Positions 17,809-28,364 of a DNA stretch of 64,000 bases are shown piece by piece; position 1 is the stretch's first letter; each line of letters starts with the position of its first letter. The position numbers and the translations under genes were made by a program. The notes under the pieces are model-generated. The model was not told the DNA's origin, ran no database searches, and was given only the letters and a program-made list of their open reading frames with translations. Origin of the DNA: Porphyromonadaceae bacterium UBA7141 (GTDB taxonomy: Bacteria; Bacteroidota; Bacteroidia; Bacteroidales; Muribaculaceae); NCBI GenBank assembly GCA_002491945.1, contig DKWX01000042.1, positions 31,192 to 95,191 of the forward strand. Direction: 5' to 3'.

Positions 17809-19545
17809 TCAGCGGCAGCTGACTGCACGCAGGAAGAATGCGAGGGCGAGCATGTCGGCAGCTCCGCCGGGAGATATTCTCCGGGCCATGAAGTCGGCAT
17901 CGAGTTGCCTCAGAAGCCCCGGCATCTCCGATTCGGAAACTTTAAGGGCCTGCCGGCTGACGGTCTTTACGTAGGCCGCTCCATCCGCTCCGGCGCGATG
18001 CCAGACATTGGAATCCTCTATCCTGCTCATCAGCGACAGCAGCATCCGGTGAGGGTCAGACATCGACGCCACATGGGCGGCTTCCGGATAGCCCTCGCGT
18101 GCGGCCTCAAGAGCGCCGGGGATGCCGTAACGCTTCCTTACCCCATCCCCATGGGTGCCTTCCGGCCGGGGCATCCTGCAGGCGATCGAACTTATCATCT
18201 TTCTTATTGCGGAGATTGTAAGGCATCGGCCAAGTGAGTGGATGCGTGCGGCCGCCACTACGGCAAGTCCGATGGAGAAAAGTGCTCCCCGATGCGTATT
18301 GACGCCCCCGGTGGCCTCCAGCATACGCCTCTCCCCTTCGATGCCGATGGTCTGGAGGTCGGCCGCATCGGGTTCTCCATTAATGGCGATTTCGGCAAGA
18401 CGTGCGAACACGGGTTCAAGCGCAGTGATGCTCCGCATCATCATCGGATAATCCATATCCCGGTGGGCACCTCTGTTGGCACGGTCTACAAGACCGGGTT
18501 TCGGAGTCAGGTCAAGCTCGTCCCGCAGCGCTACCGATGCCGCACGGGCCAGCACATTGGGGATGGCGGCTTCTGCCACAAGGGACAATGCCTCGCCACT
18601 GCGCCCGGTGTCGATCAGTTCTCTCACCCGCGATGCGCTTACAGGCAATCCGTCGCACCCGGTAGCGAGGCGGGGAATCTCACGCAATTCAATGCCCGCC
18701 GACGGCAGACGCCGATGCATCTCTTCGTTGTAGGCGGCCGTAAGGGGATCTTTCGTTTCCGTGCCCACAAACCTTACATCGACACTCAATGCCGGAGCTA
18801 TATGCCGCAGGAACAAGTCGAGGTCAAGACTTATATGGGCGGCCGTCACATCGCTCAGTTCCTTGATGAAGTATGAGGGGAATGTGGAGCGGCTGACCGC
18901 ATACGGACTCCCCTCCACCACCTGCACCGACGGCAAATGCGCCGTGGCACGCCGAAGTATCCTGACGCGACAACGATAACTGAATCCTCCGTCAATATCA
19001 TCGGCCACGGGGATTACGAAGAGGGTATCCGTCTCTGCGGCGGCTTTTTCTATCAGATAGAGATGGCCTATGGTCATCGGATTGGCATTGACCACGATGC
19101 ATCCCACACGGCCGTGGCGTTCGAGCTGGCCCAGATAATCGCAATAGCGCCTGAGCCGACCGGGATCCTGCTCCATCATCACGCATCCTTCCCCTTCTCC
19201 TGTCTTGTGGAAGGCCATCAATGCGAACGCACTCTCATACTCCGGCTTGGTGAATACCCTAAGATTCCTGATTCCATGCCGCGAGGCATATTCCATAATG
19301 GATGTCAGCATGGCCGGAGTCAGCGACTCTCCTCTGACGCAGGGGGCAGTAGCCACGCATTTTATCACATCGCCGCTCAACGAGGCTGTGCCCACAAGGC
19401 GGTCGGAGCTGTCGTATACGCCTACGGCGTAGTCTGCAGGTTCACTCCGCAGACCGCAAGAGGCCAGAAATTCATCGCGTCGCTTAGCCATAAAATCCAG
19501 CGACAACGGCATGTCGCGCAGTTCAAATCCGCTTGAAGTATCCAT
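17809..19545 (-). CDS. citC-citG: Fused CitC ([citrate lyase] ligase) - CitG (triphosphoribosyl-dephospho-CoA synthase)
   Basis: N part: GNAT-like region, NANPMTIGH, YAVSRSTFPSYF, VRFVGTE, VSASRVR. C part: ELDLTPKPGLVD, GAHRDM, NTHRGALF, SPGGAADML. Start is 19545 or 19566. Confidence 0.88.
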   Translation of the reverse strand: MDTSSGFELRDMPLSLDFMAKRRDEFLASCGLRSEPADYAVGVYDSSDRLVGTASLSGDVIKCVATAPCVRGESLTPAMLTSIMEYASRHGIRNLRVFTKPEYESAFALMAFHKTGEGEGCVMMEQDPGRLRRYCDYLGQLERHGRVGCIVVNANPMTIGHLYLIEKAAAETDTLFVIPVADDIDGGFSYRCRVRILRRATAHLPSVQVVEGSPYAVSRSTFPSYFIKELSDVTAAHISLDLDLFLRHIAPALSVDVRFVGTETKDPLTAAYNEEMHRRLPSAGIELREIPRLATGCDGLPVSASRVRELIDTGRSGEALSLVAEAAIPNVLARAASVALRDELDLTPKPGLVDRANRGAHRDMDYPMMMRSITALEPVFARLAEIAINGEPDAADLQTIGIEGERRMLEATGGVNTHRGALFSIGLAVVAAARIHSLGRCLTISAIRKMISSIACRMPRPEGTHGDGVRKRYGIPGALEAAREGYPEAAHVASMSDPHRMLLSLMSRIEDSNVWHRAGADGAAYVKTVSRQALKVSESEMPGLLRQLDADFMARRISPGGAADMLALAFFLRAVSCR

Positions 19546-20029
19546 CGTGCAATCTGAGGATTTCATCCGTAAGTTCGCTTATCGTATGGCGCCCGCTGCG
19601 CATACACACACGGGCGTCGTCGCCGCAGAGCAGACACCGCCGATTGCCGTGTCCTCTGGTAAGGCGGCTCAGGGGCACTCCGTCGCGACCTATGACATCT
19701 ATATCCATCAGACGCCCGAGAGGATGCGTGTCTTCTATCTCAACCGAAAGGCTCTTGGCCTCCTCTTCGTCGGAATCGACAAGGAGGAAGGCCTCGAAAC
19801 CTGTAGGCAGATCATTGACTGTCAGCTCTTGCAACTTCTGACCGAACCGTTCTCTCAATACCCTCACTCCCTCATGGCCTATGTCGCGGCTCTCGGGTGT
19901 CTGTTTTATATTGCCGGGGATATTGACCGTGAGCACTATAAGGGCAAGCTCCGGATGCGCCTCCAGGAGACGGATCTGGAGGTCGCGCCGACGGTCGCGT
20001 GCGGCAAGAAGCTGGTCGAGTGTTATCAC
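19523..20029 (-). CDS. citX: Apo-citrate lyase phosphoribosyl-dephospho-CoA transferase
   Basis: LDQLLAARDRR, NIPGNIK, IEDTHPLGRLMDIDV, RRCLLC, CMRSGRH. Confidence 0.92.
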   Translation of the reverse strand: MITLDQLLAARDRRRDLQIRLLEAHPELALIVLTVNIPGNIKQTPESRDIGHEGVRVLRERFGQKLQELTVNDLPTGFEAFLLVDSDEEEAKSLSVEIEDTHPLGRLMDIDVIGRDGVPLSRLTRGHGNRRCLLCGDDARVCMRSGRHTISELTDEILRLHDGYFKRI

Positions 20030-20033
20030 GTTG

Positions 20034-21572
20034 TCAGTCGGCTATGTTTCTTATTACGTCAAGCACGTTGCCGTCGCGGTTCATCACCACGCCTACCACC
20101 CTGTCGCCGAACGGGAGCGCCGCCGGGGTGCCAATGATTGAGAGGGCTTTGTCGCGGAGGGCTGTGATTTCGGTCACATCAAGTCCGGCAGCCCGCAGGC
20201 GTCCGGCGAGCTCGGGACGGCGCGGATTGACGGCAATCCCATATTCGGTCACTATCACATCGACTGATGAGCCGGGGGTGATAAGTGTGGTCACTTCATC
20301 CACCACACATGGTATGCGTCCGCGAAGCAACGGACATACGATTATCGACAGGGCCGAATCGGCGGCCGTATCGGGATGGCCACCGATGGCGCCGCGGATT
20401 ATTCCATCGCTGCCCACAAGCACGTTGACGTTGAAGTTGACATCCACCTCCAGAGCTGAGAGTATCACCATGTCAAGATAGTGCACTGCCGAACCCGGCT
20501 CATCGGCCGAGGCGTATTCATTGGCGCTGACCTCCTTGTGCATCATATCGCTCTTGAGCGATTCGGCCGCCACCTTGTCGAACGACTGCACGTCGATCAG
20601 GCGTTCAATCAACCCCTCTTCATGCAGTCTGACCATATGGGCGGTGATGCCTCCCAATGCGAAGGAGGCCTTGATGCCTCGGTCAATCATGCTCTGGCGG
20701 ATGTATTTCACCGCTGCGAGCGAGGCTCCGCCGGTGCCGGTCTGTATCGAGAAGCCATCGTTGAAGTAGCCGCTGTTGATGATTACCTTGGCGGCTTTCT
20801 GGGCCAAAAGGATGTCGCGGGGGTTCTTGCTGTCGCGGATTGCCCCGGATGAAATCTTCGAACTGTCACCTACGGAGTCGATTTCCACCACGTAGTCTAC
20901 CTGTCTTTCCGATATGGAACAGGGGGTGTTGGGATAGTCCACAAGGTCATCGGTGAGTATCACCACCTTGTCGGCATACTGTGCGTCGGGAAGCGCATAA
21001 CCCAATGAGCCGCAGATTGACTTGGCGTTTTCAGACCGTGAGTAGCCGCAGGCGTTGCCAAGAGGATCGGCCGAGGAGGCTCCGAGGAATGCCACGTCGA
21101 TGTGCAGGTCGCCGGAGGCGATCGCACTGCCACGGCCTCCATGACTGCGGAATATCACTGGTTCTTTCATAAGGCCGCGTGAGATACGGTCGGCCAGCTG
21201 ACCGCGCAGTCCGGAGGTGGAGATTCTGGTGATTACGCCGTTCTCTATATGCTCAATGAGCGGAGCGTGCACATCCGACAGGCTGGACGCGGCGAGGTGA
21301 AGGTCTTTGAACCCCATCTCTGCCAGACGCCCCACTACGAGATTGACAACCTTGTCGCCGCCACGGAAGTGATGATGGAATGATATCGTCATACCGTCTT
21401 TCAGTCCGCTGCGGCGTATGGCCTCATCAAGTGTCACCAGTTTGGGCGACGCTTTCTGGAGCTCCATGCGCGGAGTGGGGTTCTTGACTGATGTCTCGGG
21501 ATGACTTACGGTCTTGTTGAGTTGTTCGGCCGCCTTCTCCGCAAGGGGCGCGCGTTGACTGATGCTGCTCAT
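20034..21572 (-). CDS. citF: Citrate lyase alpha subunit (citrate CoA-transferase)
   Basis: GLKDGMTISFHHHFRGGD, RSHGGR, GSLGYA, QTGTGG, GGHPDTA. Confidence 0.95.
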   Translation of the reverse strand: MSSISQRAPLAEKAAEQLNKTVSHPETSVKNPTPRMELQKASPKLVTLDEAIRRSGLKDGMTISFHHHFRGGDKVVNLVVGRLAEMGFKDLHLAASSLSDVHAPLIEHIENGVITRISTSGLRGQLADRISRGLMKEPVIFRSHGGRGSAIASGDLHIDVAFLGASSADPLGNACGYSRSENAKSICGSLGYALPDAQYADKVVILTDDLVDYPNTPCSISERQVDYVVEIDSVGDSSKISSGAIRDSKNPRDILLAQKAAKVIINSGYFNDGFSIQTGTGGASLAAVKYIRQSMIDRGIKASFALGGITAHMVRLHEEGLIERLIDVQSFDKVAAESLKSDMMHKEVSANEYASADEPGSAVHYLDMVILSALEVDVNFNVNVLVGSDGIIRGAIGGHPDTAADSALSIIVCPLLRGRIPCVVDEVTTLITPGSSVDVIVTEYGIAVNPRRPELAGRLRAAGLDVTEITALRDKALSIIGTPAALPFGDRVVGVVMNRDGNVLDVIRNIAD

Positions 21573-22460
21573 TTACACTTCCTCCTCTTTTAATATTCCT
21601 GATGCGATTGCAAGATCTATGGTGCGCTGGGCTCGTATCACTACCGGACGGTCCACCATCTTGCCGTTGACGGCTATCACACCCGAGCCCTTTGCTTCGG
21701 CCTCCCGTATGGCGGCCAGTATGATGCGCGCCTTCTCAATGGCTTTTTCAGTAGGCGCGAACACTTCATTGACAATTTCGATCTGACGGGGGTTGATGAT
21801 GGATTTTCCGTCGAATCCGAGTCTATGAATAAATTCCACTTCTTTGCGGAATGTCTCCATATCTTCGAGATTGGAATATACTGTATCAAGCGCTGCTATG
21901 CCGGCGGCGCGGGCGGCCACTACGATTGTCTCGCGGGCCAGACGCAGTTCGTCGCCATCGGGTGTGCGCTGGGTCTTGAGATTCGCACAATAATCTTCGG
22001 CACCCAGAGCTATGCCCATCATGCGTGGAGATGCGGTGGCTATGGCATAGGCGTTGCAGATGCCGAGGGCGCTTTCGATGGCTGCCATGATGAGCGTGCG
22101 CCCCTCGCATCCTATCTCTCGCTCTACCCTCTCTATCTCTCGCTCCACTTCCACTACCTCTTCAGCAGTCTCTGTCTTGGGCATGCGTATCACATCCACG
22201 CCGGCCTTTACTACAGCCTCTATATCTTTCTTGCCGTAAGGTGTGTTGAGGGGATTGATTCGCACCACCATCTCTGTATCGCCGTAATCCACGCTTTTAA
22301 GAGCGTTATAGACAAGAAGCCGGGCTGTGTCTTTCTCAGCCATTGTCACTGAGTCTTCAAGGTCGAGCATGATGGAGTCCGGCCTATAGATATGGGCATC
22401 GGCCATCATTCCGGGATTGTTGCCCGGCACGAACATCATTGTCCGTCGGAGTCTTTCCAT
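21573..22460 (-). CDS. citE: Citrate lyase beta subunit (citryl-ACP lyase)
   Basis: RRTMMFVPGNNP, DLEDSV, GFDGKSIINPRQI, GKMVDRP. Confidence 0.95.
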   Translation of the reverse strand: MERLRRTMMFVPGNNPGMMADAHIYRPDSIMLDLEDSVTMAEKDTARLLVYNALKSVDYGDTEMVVRINPLNTPYGKKDIEAVVKAGVDVIRMPKTETAEEVVEVEREIERVEREIGCEGRTLIMAAIESALGICNAYAIATASPRMMGIALGAEDYCANLKTQRTPDGDELRLARETIVVAARAAGIAALDTVYSNLEDMETFRKEVEFIHRLGFDGKSIINPRQIEIVNEVFAPTEKAIEKARIILAAIREAEAKGSGVIAVNGKMVDRPVVIRAQRTIDLAIASGILKEEEV

Positions 22461-22493
22461 GGTAATTTCTGATGTAGGTTGGTTAGATTGGTT

Positions 22494-22775
22494 TCAGTCG
22501 GCCCAGACGTCCTTGCCTGTGGCCCGAACGGCTGCCGCCGTCACTCGTGCGCGGATTGTACAGTCGAGTGCTCCTTTGTCGGTAGCATTCACTTCAGCCG
22601 AATCTATACCGAGCTCCGCAAGGGTCTCGGCTATTACCCGGCGTATCTGGTCGCCGAACTGGCAGGCCACCGAACTCTCCAGATGGATTGTAAGTCCGGG
22701 TGTCGGACTCGGCATCAGGCGCACATGGATGTCGCCTGACTCAAGGGTGCCCGCAAATGATTCTTTCAGTTGCAT
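22494..22775 (-). CDS. citD: Citrate lyase acyl carrier protein (gamma subunit)
   Basis: AGTLESGD attachment-site motif and DKGALDCTIRAR. Confidence 0.95.
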   Translation of the reverse strand: MQLKESFAGTLESGDIHVRLMPSPTPGLTIHLESSVACQFGDQIRRVIAETLAELGIDSAEVNATDKGALDCTIRARVTAAAVRATGKDVWAD

Positions 22776-22864
22776 AATCTGTGCTTTAGGTATGTAGATT
22801 TGACCGCAAATTTAGCTTTTTTTTTGAATATGGAAGAGTCTCTCCTCACTTTTTATCATACATT

Positions 22865-22910
22865 ATCCCGCTCCCATCCATCGGTAGCTATCGATGGGTG
22901 AAAGCGGGAT
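22865..22910. terminator. Hairpin between M3 peptidase and citD, probable terminator
   Basis: ATCCCGCT..CCATCG...CGATGG..AGCGGGAT interrupted stem. A minus-strand TAAATTTG box at 22814-22807 precedes citD. Confidence 0.5.
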
Positions 22911-23004
22911 ATTTATGGTTGCAAAACTATGTTGCAGAGTTATTTTTCGAGTGTGTGCCATATGCTTCGACATGACGCATACGGCGACTCGCCGTCAGTG
23001 TGTG

Positions 23005-25176
23005 TTATTTGCCTGACTCGGGTTTGATGCCGTCGCGCACAAGAAGGGCGTCGGCTGTAGGCTTCTTGCCTCTGAATTCGATATAGAGTGTCATCGGGTC
23101 GACAGTGCCGCCGGCCTCAAGCATCTTGTGGAAGCGTCCGGCAGTCTTTTTGTCGAATATGTCGCCTGTCTCTTTGAATGCGGCAAAGGCATCGGCATCG
23201 AGTTCCTCGCTCCATTTGTAGCCGTAATAGCCTGCGGCATATCCTCCGGAGAACACATGGCTGAAAGCGGGAGATATGAGGCATCCCTTCTCGGGTTCGA
23301 AAATCTGCACCGGTTCGATGGCCTTTATTTCAAATGCCTCTATATCGTCAGACGCACGAAGGGGATTCTCTATCATATGGTAGGCCATGTCGAGGAAACC
23401 GAAGTTAAGCTGACGCATACAGCTGTAGGCCGCGCCGAACTGCGATGATTTTATAAAGCGGTCCAATAGCTCTTTGGGCATCTTCTTGCCGGTCTTGTAG
23501 TGGCGTGCGAATCCGTCGAGATACTCCTGCTGCGTCAGATAATTCTCGTTAAACTGAGAGAAGAGTTCCACAAAGTCGTGATATACGTTGGTGCCGGATA
23601 TCGATGCATATTTGGCCTGGGCCGAAAGACCGTGAAGCGCGTGGCCGAACTCATGAAGGAATGTCTCGACTTCGTAGGGAGTGAGCAGTACTTCCTTGTC
23701 GCCCACAGGCTTTGAGAAGTTGGTCACTATGGATATGAGCGGCAGTGTGCGGTTGCCGGCATCATCCTTCACTTCTGTCTGATATTCGGTCATCCATGCG
23801 CCGGGAGCCTTGCCGGGACGATAGAAGAAGTCGGCATAGAGGATGCCGAGCAGTTTCTTGTCGGGACCGTAGACATCGTAGATTTTCACATCCGGGTGAT
23901 AGCCTGGTATCTCTTTATTCTCCTTGAATGTATAGCCATATAGTTTCGTTGCAAGTCCGAACACCCCTTTGATGGTGTTGTTGAGCTCGAAATATGGCTT
24001 CATGTCTTCGTCGTTGAAGCTGTATTTCTCCGATTTGAGTTTGTCGCTCCAATAGGAGTAGTCCCAGGGTCGGAGCTGGAAGTCAGGGCCTTCGGTCTGG
24101 CGTGCGTATTCCTGGATTTCCGAGATTTCAGCCTTCATAGGCTCAGTATAGGCTTCGCGCAGCTCGTTGAGCATGGCATATACGTTGTCAGTGGTCTCGG
24201 CCATCGTGTGCTGCAGCTGATACTCTGCGAAGTTATTCTTCCCCATGAGATCGGCTATCTCCCGACGCACGTTGGCGATGTCAATGAGCACGGGGATATT
24301 GTTGTATTCCCCTTCGGAGTTGCGCGTGTTGTAAAGGCGATACATCTTTTCGCGCAGGCTGCGGTCTTTGACATATTTGATGAAGGGTGAATAAGAGGGG
24401 GCGAATACGGTAAAGAGATAGAGCGATTCGTCGTCGGCCTTCCCTTCGGCCACCAGTGCATTCTTGGCTTCTTCACGTGCGGCCTGTATGATATCGGCGG
24501 GCACTCCTTCGAGCTGTCCGGCGGTAAGCCATACACGGCGGGCAGGGTCAGCCATACCGTTGGTCACATTCTGCGAGAATTTCACATTCAGGTCGGAGAG
24601 TTCGGCCATGAGCTTACGGTATCTCTCGCGGTCGGCGCCCTGCAGGGCAGCTCCGTTGAGAGCGAATCCCTTGTAGATTTCGTCGAGCAGACGCATATCC
24701 TCAGGTGTAAGCTGCGATTTGATGGCATCACGCTGGTCGTAGACGGCCTTGATGCGCTGCCAGAGTTTTTCGTTGAGCATTATGGCTGCCTCATGCTCGG
24801 AGAGGAGGGGTGTCACATCAGCCAGCACCTTCATCATGGCCGGATCGCCCACGGCATGTTCAATATTGCCCAGCGCGAGCATGGCACGGCCAAGTTCGGC
24901 TCCGGAGCGGTCATATGCCACAATGGTGTTCTCGAATGTGGCAGGAGCGGGATTGCTTACGATCACATCGATATTGTGGTTCTGAAGGGCGATGGCTTCT
25001 TTCACTGCCTGCTCGTAGAGTTCGGGAGTCAGGCGGTCGAAGGGTATCGCACCATATGGGAGGAGTTCGGTCTGAAGCAGAGGATTGGTGCCGGTGTATT
25101 CGGCAAAGCTCTGCGATACTGAAGCGAATGTCATGATTGTTAATGCGGCAAGACCGCGGATAATCTGTTTTCTCAT
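23005..25176 (-). CDS. M3-family metallopeptidase (Dcp-like), exported
   Basis: HEFGHALH, DFVE, GYAAGYYGYKW, signal peptide. Confidence 0.92.
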   Translation of the reverse strand: MRKQIIRGLAALTIMTFASVSQSFAEYTGTNPLLQTELLPYGAIPFDRLTPELYEQAVKEAIALQNHNIDVIVSNPAPATFENTIVAYDRSGAELGRAMLALGNIEHAVGDPAMMKVLADVTPLLSEHEAAIMLNEKLWQRIKAVYDQRDAIKSQLTPEDMRLLDEIYKGFALNGAALQGADRERYRKLMAELSDLNVKFSQNVTNGMADPARRVWLTAGQLEGVPADIIQAAREEAKNALVAEGKADDESLYLFTVFAPSYSPFIKYVKDRSLREKMYRLYNTRNSEGEYNNIPVLIDIANVRREIADLMGKNNFAEYQLQHTMAETTDNVYAMLNELREAYTEPMKAEISEIQEYARQTEGPDFQLRPWDYSYWSDKLKSEKYSFNDEDMKPYFELNNTIKGVFGLATKLYGYTFKENKEIPGYHPDVKIYDVYGPDKKLLGILYADFFYRPGKAPGAWMTEYQTEVKDDAGNRTLPLISIVTNFSKPVGDKEVLLTPYEVETFLHEFGHALHGLSAQAKYASISGTNVYHDFVELFSQFNENYLTQQEYLDGFARHYKTGKKMPKELLDRFIKSSQFGAAYSCMRQLNFGFLDMAYHMIENPLRASDDIEAFEIKAIEPVQIFEPEKGCLISPAFSHVFSGGYAAGYYGYKWSEELDADAFAAFKETGDIFDKKTAGRFHKMLEAGGTVDPMTLYIEFRGKKPTADALLVRDGIKPESGK

Positions 25177-25300
25177 TAATTCTTGGTATTAGTATCAACA
25201 AGTGACAGACCCTCAGGGTTGCCACGCATGGCCCCGCTGAAGGTCTGTTACATTTTTACTTACGTTCTATGATAGTTTGCCATCATAAGATGATTGCGCA

Positions 25301-28126
25301 TCACTCCACAGGCACGCCGTTCATTACGACCTTGATGTAGTTGCTGCCACCATTGTTGATGCTCTTGACGAATTCATTGAACTTGTCGATTGTCAGGCCG
25401 CGCAGATAAGTGTCACGTCCCACACCAGTGTCGAGACCGCGCTCTTTATTCATCAGCGCGCTGACCCAGAAGCTGTTGGTACGCTCCTGAATGGTGTATT
25501 GATTGATAGCGGCTTCTTTTACCTGATTGAACATATCCTCCTTCGCACCGTTGGCAAAAAGATTCATTGCCTCCTTGTAGGCACGCTCCTGAAGACGCTC
25601 GCTCATCTCGGAGTTGGTGATGAATATATAGGCGAGCATCCACTGATTGGAAGAGGGATAGATTGAGCCGAACGCACCCGGGCTATATGTGCCGCCTTCC
25701 TCTTCGCGAAGAGTGAGCGTGTAGATATTGCCGAGCACATCGCCGAGCATATTAATCTGCGACGAGTTGGCCATGGTGTAGGGCAATTCGCCATTGAATG
25801 CACCGAACACCTTGACCTGCGGAGTCTGCATCTTAAGGTCGAACACGTCGGAGGGACGTCCCGTAGCCAGAGCTATAGGACTCAGCACGGCTGCTTTGCC
25901 AGGCTTGCCGAGCGACGGCAGCGAAGCCGCATATTTTTCAAGAAGCGGACGCAGTGTGGCGGCATCGATATTGCCTACGACTGTGAGTGTGAAGTCGGCT
26001 GCATTGGCAGTAGCTGATTTCAGCAGCGACAGCACTTCATCGTATTTCACTTCACCCAAGCTCTTGGCTGTGATTACTTCCATCATGGCATTGTGGTCCC
26101 ACTCTGTGGAATTGAGATGCTGGCTGAAGATGTAATCCGGATTGACTGCCGCAAGCTCTAACTGGCGCACATAGTTGGCGCGATCCGTCTCAAACTGCTC
26201 TGCATCCGGACTCACCTGAGACATCGATGCATAAAGCAGCTCCATCAGTGTCGGGAAGTCCTTGACGGTCGACTCGCCGGAGAAGTAGAATGTCTGCATT
26301 CCCATGTTCGCCTCGAGCATCAGCTGCTTGCCTTTGAGGTATTTTACGAGTGTCTTCTTGTTGAAGTTGCCAAGTTTGCTGGCATCAAGAGCGAGTTCCA
26401 GTGCATCGATATTGGAAGCCTGAGACGCGGGATAGTATATCTTGCCTCCGTTGCTCCAGCACTGTATAAGTATCTGGTCGGCGTTGAAATCTGTCGACTT
26501 CAGCACTACCTTCATGCCGTTGGAGAGGGTAAATTCTGTAGTGTCGTACTCTCCGGCCTTTTCAGCTGTGATTTTACCGGCCACAGGCTCTGACGGGAGC
26601 AGCGGGTCGGTGATTACCTCATCGACATAGGCTTCATACTGCATGTTGAGCACTTCGTTGAGGGCATTGAGCATAGACTCCTTGCCAGGAAGTGTAAAAC
26701 CGTCTGCCTTGGGCTGAGTCACAACGATTACCTGATTCTCAGGAGTCAGAAGCATGGAGGCTATCATGTTGACCTGCTCTACAGGTATCTGAGTCAGTAT
26801 GCTGCTTGCGATCTGATACTCTGCCTCGGCACCGGGAGCCGGGATATTCTCCACGAAATGGCGGATTATCTCTTTTGCACGAGTCGAGGTGTTGGTATTG
26901 TCGCGCTCCTTGAACATGCTTTCAAGCTGAGAGAGAATATCCGTATTCACACGCTCAAGCTCTGAATCGGTAAAGCCTGTCTTGCAGGCACGGGCCACTA
27001 CCGACATCATGTCCTTGTAGGCAGCCACAGGATCACCCTTGGGGATGACGTTGCAGAAGAAGGCTTCTTTAGTCTTTGCCACGTAGTACTGGCCGAAATA
27101 GCAGGCTGCCATCTGATAGTCGCAGTCCGGATTCATGGAATACTCTTCGAGACGGTTGTTGATCAGTCGAGTAATCACAGCTTCCATCAGATCATTGTTG
27201 ACATACATCTCAAGCGTGTTGCGCATCTCGAAGGGGACGCGGTCGGTCTTGAATGCAGTCATAATCATCGGACTCTTCAGTTCGGGGTCCTCAAACTCAA
27301 AGTAGATCGGCTCCTTGTTGTCGCTTACGTGGGCGTAAGTACGCTCCGGGGCATTTTCGGGCATAGGTATCGGTGAAAAGAGATCTATGATTTTCTTCTC
27401 CATCTCTTCTGCATCGAAGTCTCCGACCACCACGATACCCTGCTGGTCGGGACGATACCAACTGTGATAGTAGTCGCGCAGCACCTCTGGCTTGAAGTTC
27501 ATCACTACCTCCATTGTGCCGATAGGCGACTGCTTGTACTGATATTCCTCGAAAATCACGGGGAGCATCGCCTTGAACATGCGGTCAGAGGCATCGTTAC
27601 GGCTGCGCCATTCCTCCTGGATCACACCGCGCTCGGCCTCGATTTCGGCATCTTCAAGCAGCAGGTCGCAACTCCAGTCACGGAGCACGAGCAGCACACT
27701 GTCAATCAACGCCACATCTGAAGTGGGGATATTGTCGAGGTTATAGACTGTCTCATCGAAATCAGTGTAGGCATTAATGTCATCGCCGAAACGGATACCC
27801 TTGTTCTGGAGATAGTTGAGCATCGTTTTGCCCGGATAGTTCTTTGTGCCGTTGAATGCCATATGCTCCAGGAAGTGGGCAAGGCCAAGCTGCTCGGGAG
27901 TCTCAAGTGTCGAGCCTACCTTCTGCGCTATGTAGAAGTTGGCACGCCCTTTGGGCTTTTCATTATGCAGCACGTAGTAAGTCAGTCCGTTGGGCAGTTT
28001 GCCTGTGCGCAGCCCCGGCATTTCAGGAAGCGGGGTGAGTTGTGGCATACCCTGGGCACTTACTGAAGTGACTCCTATGATGACGCTCAGCGCCATCAGG
28101 AGAAGTGAGAAGAATCTTTTCTTCAT
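25301..28126 (-). CDS. M16-family zinc peptidase (PqqL-like), exported
   Basis: GLAHFLEHMAFNGT (HXXEH), NAYTDFDETVY, signal peptide. Confidence 0.92.
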   Translation of the reverse strand: MKKRFFSLLLMALSVIIGVTSVSAQGMPQLTPLPEMPGLRTGKLPNGLTYYVLHNEKPKGRANFYIAQKVGSTLETPEQLGLAHFLEHMAFNGTKNYPGKTMLNYLQNKGIRFGDDINAYTDFDETVYNLDNIPTSDVALIDSVLLVLRDWSCDLLLEDAEIEAERGVIQEEWRSRNDASDRMFKAMLPVIFEEYQYKQSPIGTMEVVMNFKPEVLRDYYHSWYRPDQQGIVVVGDFDAEEMEKKIIDLFSPIPMPENAPERTYAHVSDNKEPIYFEFEDPELKSPMIMTAFKTDRVPFEMRNTLEMYVNNDLMEAVITRLINNRLEEYSMNPDCDYQMAACYFGQYYVAKTKEAFFCNVIPKGDPVAAYKDMMSVVARACKTGFTDSELERVNTDILSQLESMFKERDNTNTSTRAKEIIRHFVENIPAPGAEAEYQIASSILTQIPVEQVNMIASMLLTPENQVIVVTQPKADGFTLPGKESMLNALNEVLNMQYEAYVDEVITDPLLPSEPVAGKITAEKAGEYDTTEFTLSNGMKVVLKSTDFNADQILIQCWSNGGKIYYPASQASNIDALELALDASKLGNFNKKTLVKYLKGKQLMLEANMGMQTFYFSGESTVKDFPTLMELLYASMSQVSPDAEQFETDRANYVRQLELAAVNPDYIFSQHLNSTEWDHNAMMEVITAKSLGEVKYDEVLSLLKSATANAADFTLTVVGNIDAATLRPLLEKYAASLPSLGKPGKAAVLSPIALATGRPSDVFDLKMQTPQVKVFGAFNGELPYTMANSSQINMLGDVLGNIYTLTLREEEGGTYSPGAFGSIYPSSNQWMLAYIFITNSEMSERLQERAYKEAMNLFANGAKEDMFNQVKEAAINQYTIQERTNSFWVSALMNKERGLDTGVGRDTYLRGLTIDKFNEFVKSINNGGSNYIKVVMNGVPVE

Positions 28127-28364
28127 AATGTGTCGGATATAGTTATTGTATAATCTTCAGTCGTATAAGGATGTGATGTGTTTTATACAATATCCGGCAT
28201 CAATCAAACCGCATACAGTATAAAGGATTTGCACTCACTTATAAAGCCTTCTGCATCCCCCTGACACTGGGATAAATGCTCGTGCTTATGGTAGAATCTG
28301 TACTCTTCTTTATTTGAGTGCTTCAAAGTTAAACAATTTTTGCCATTATGCAAGCACTGAAATA

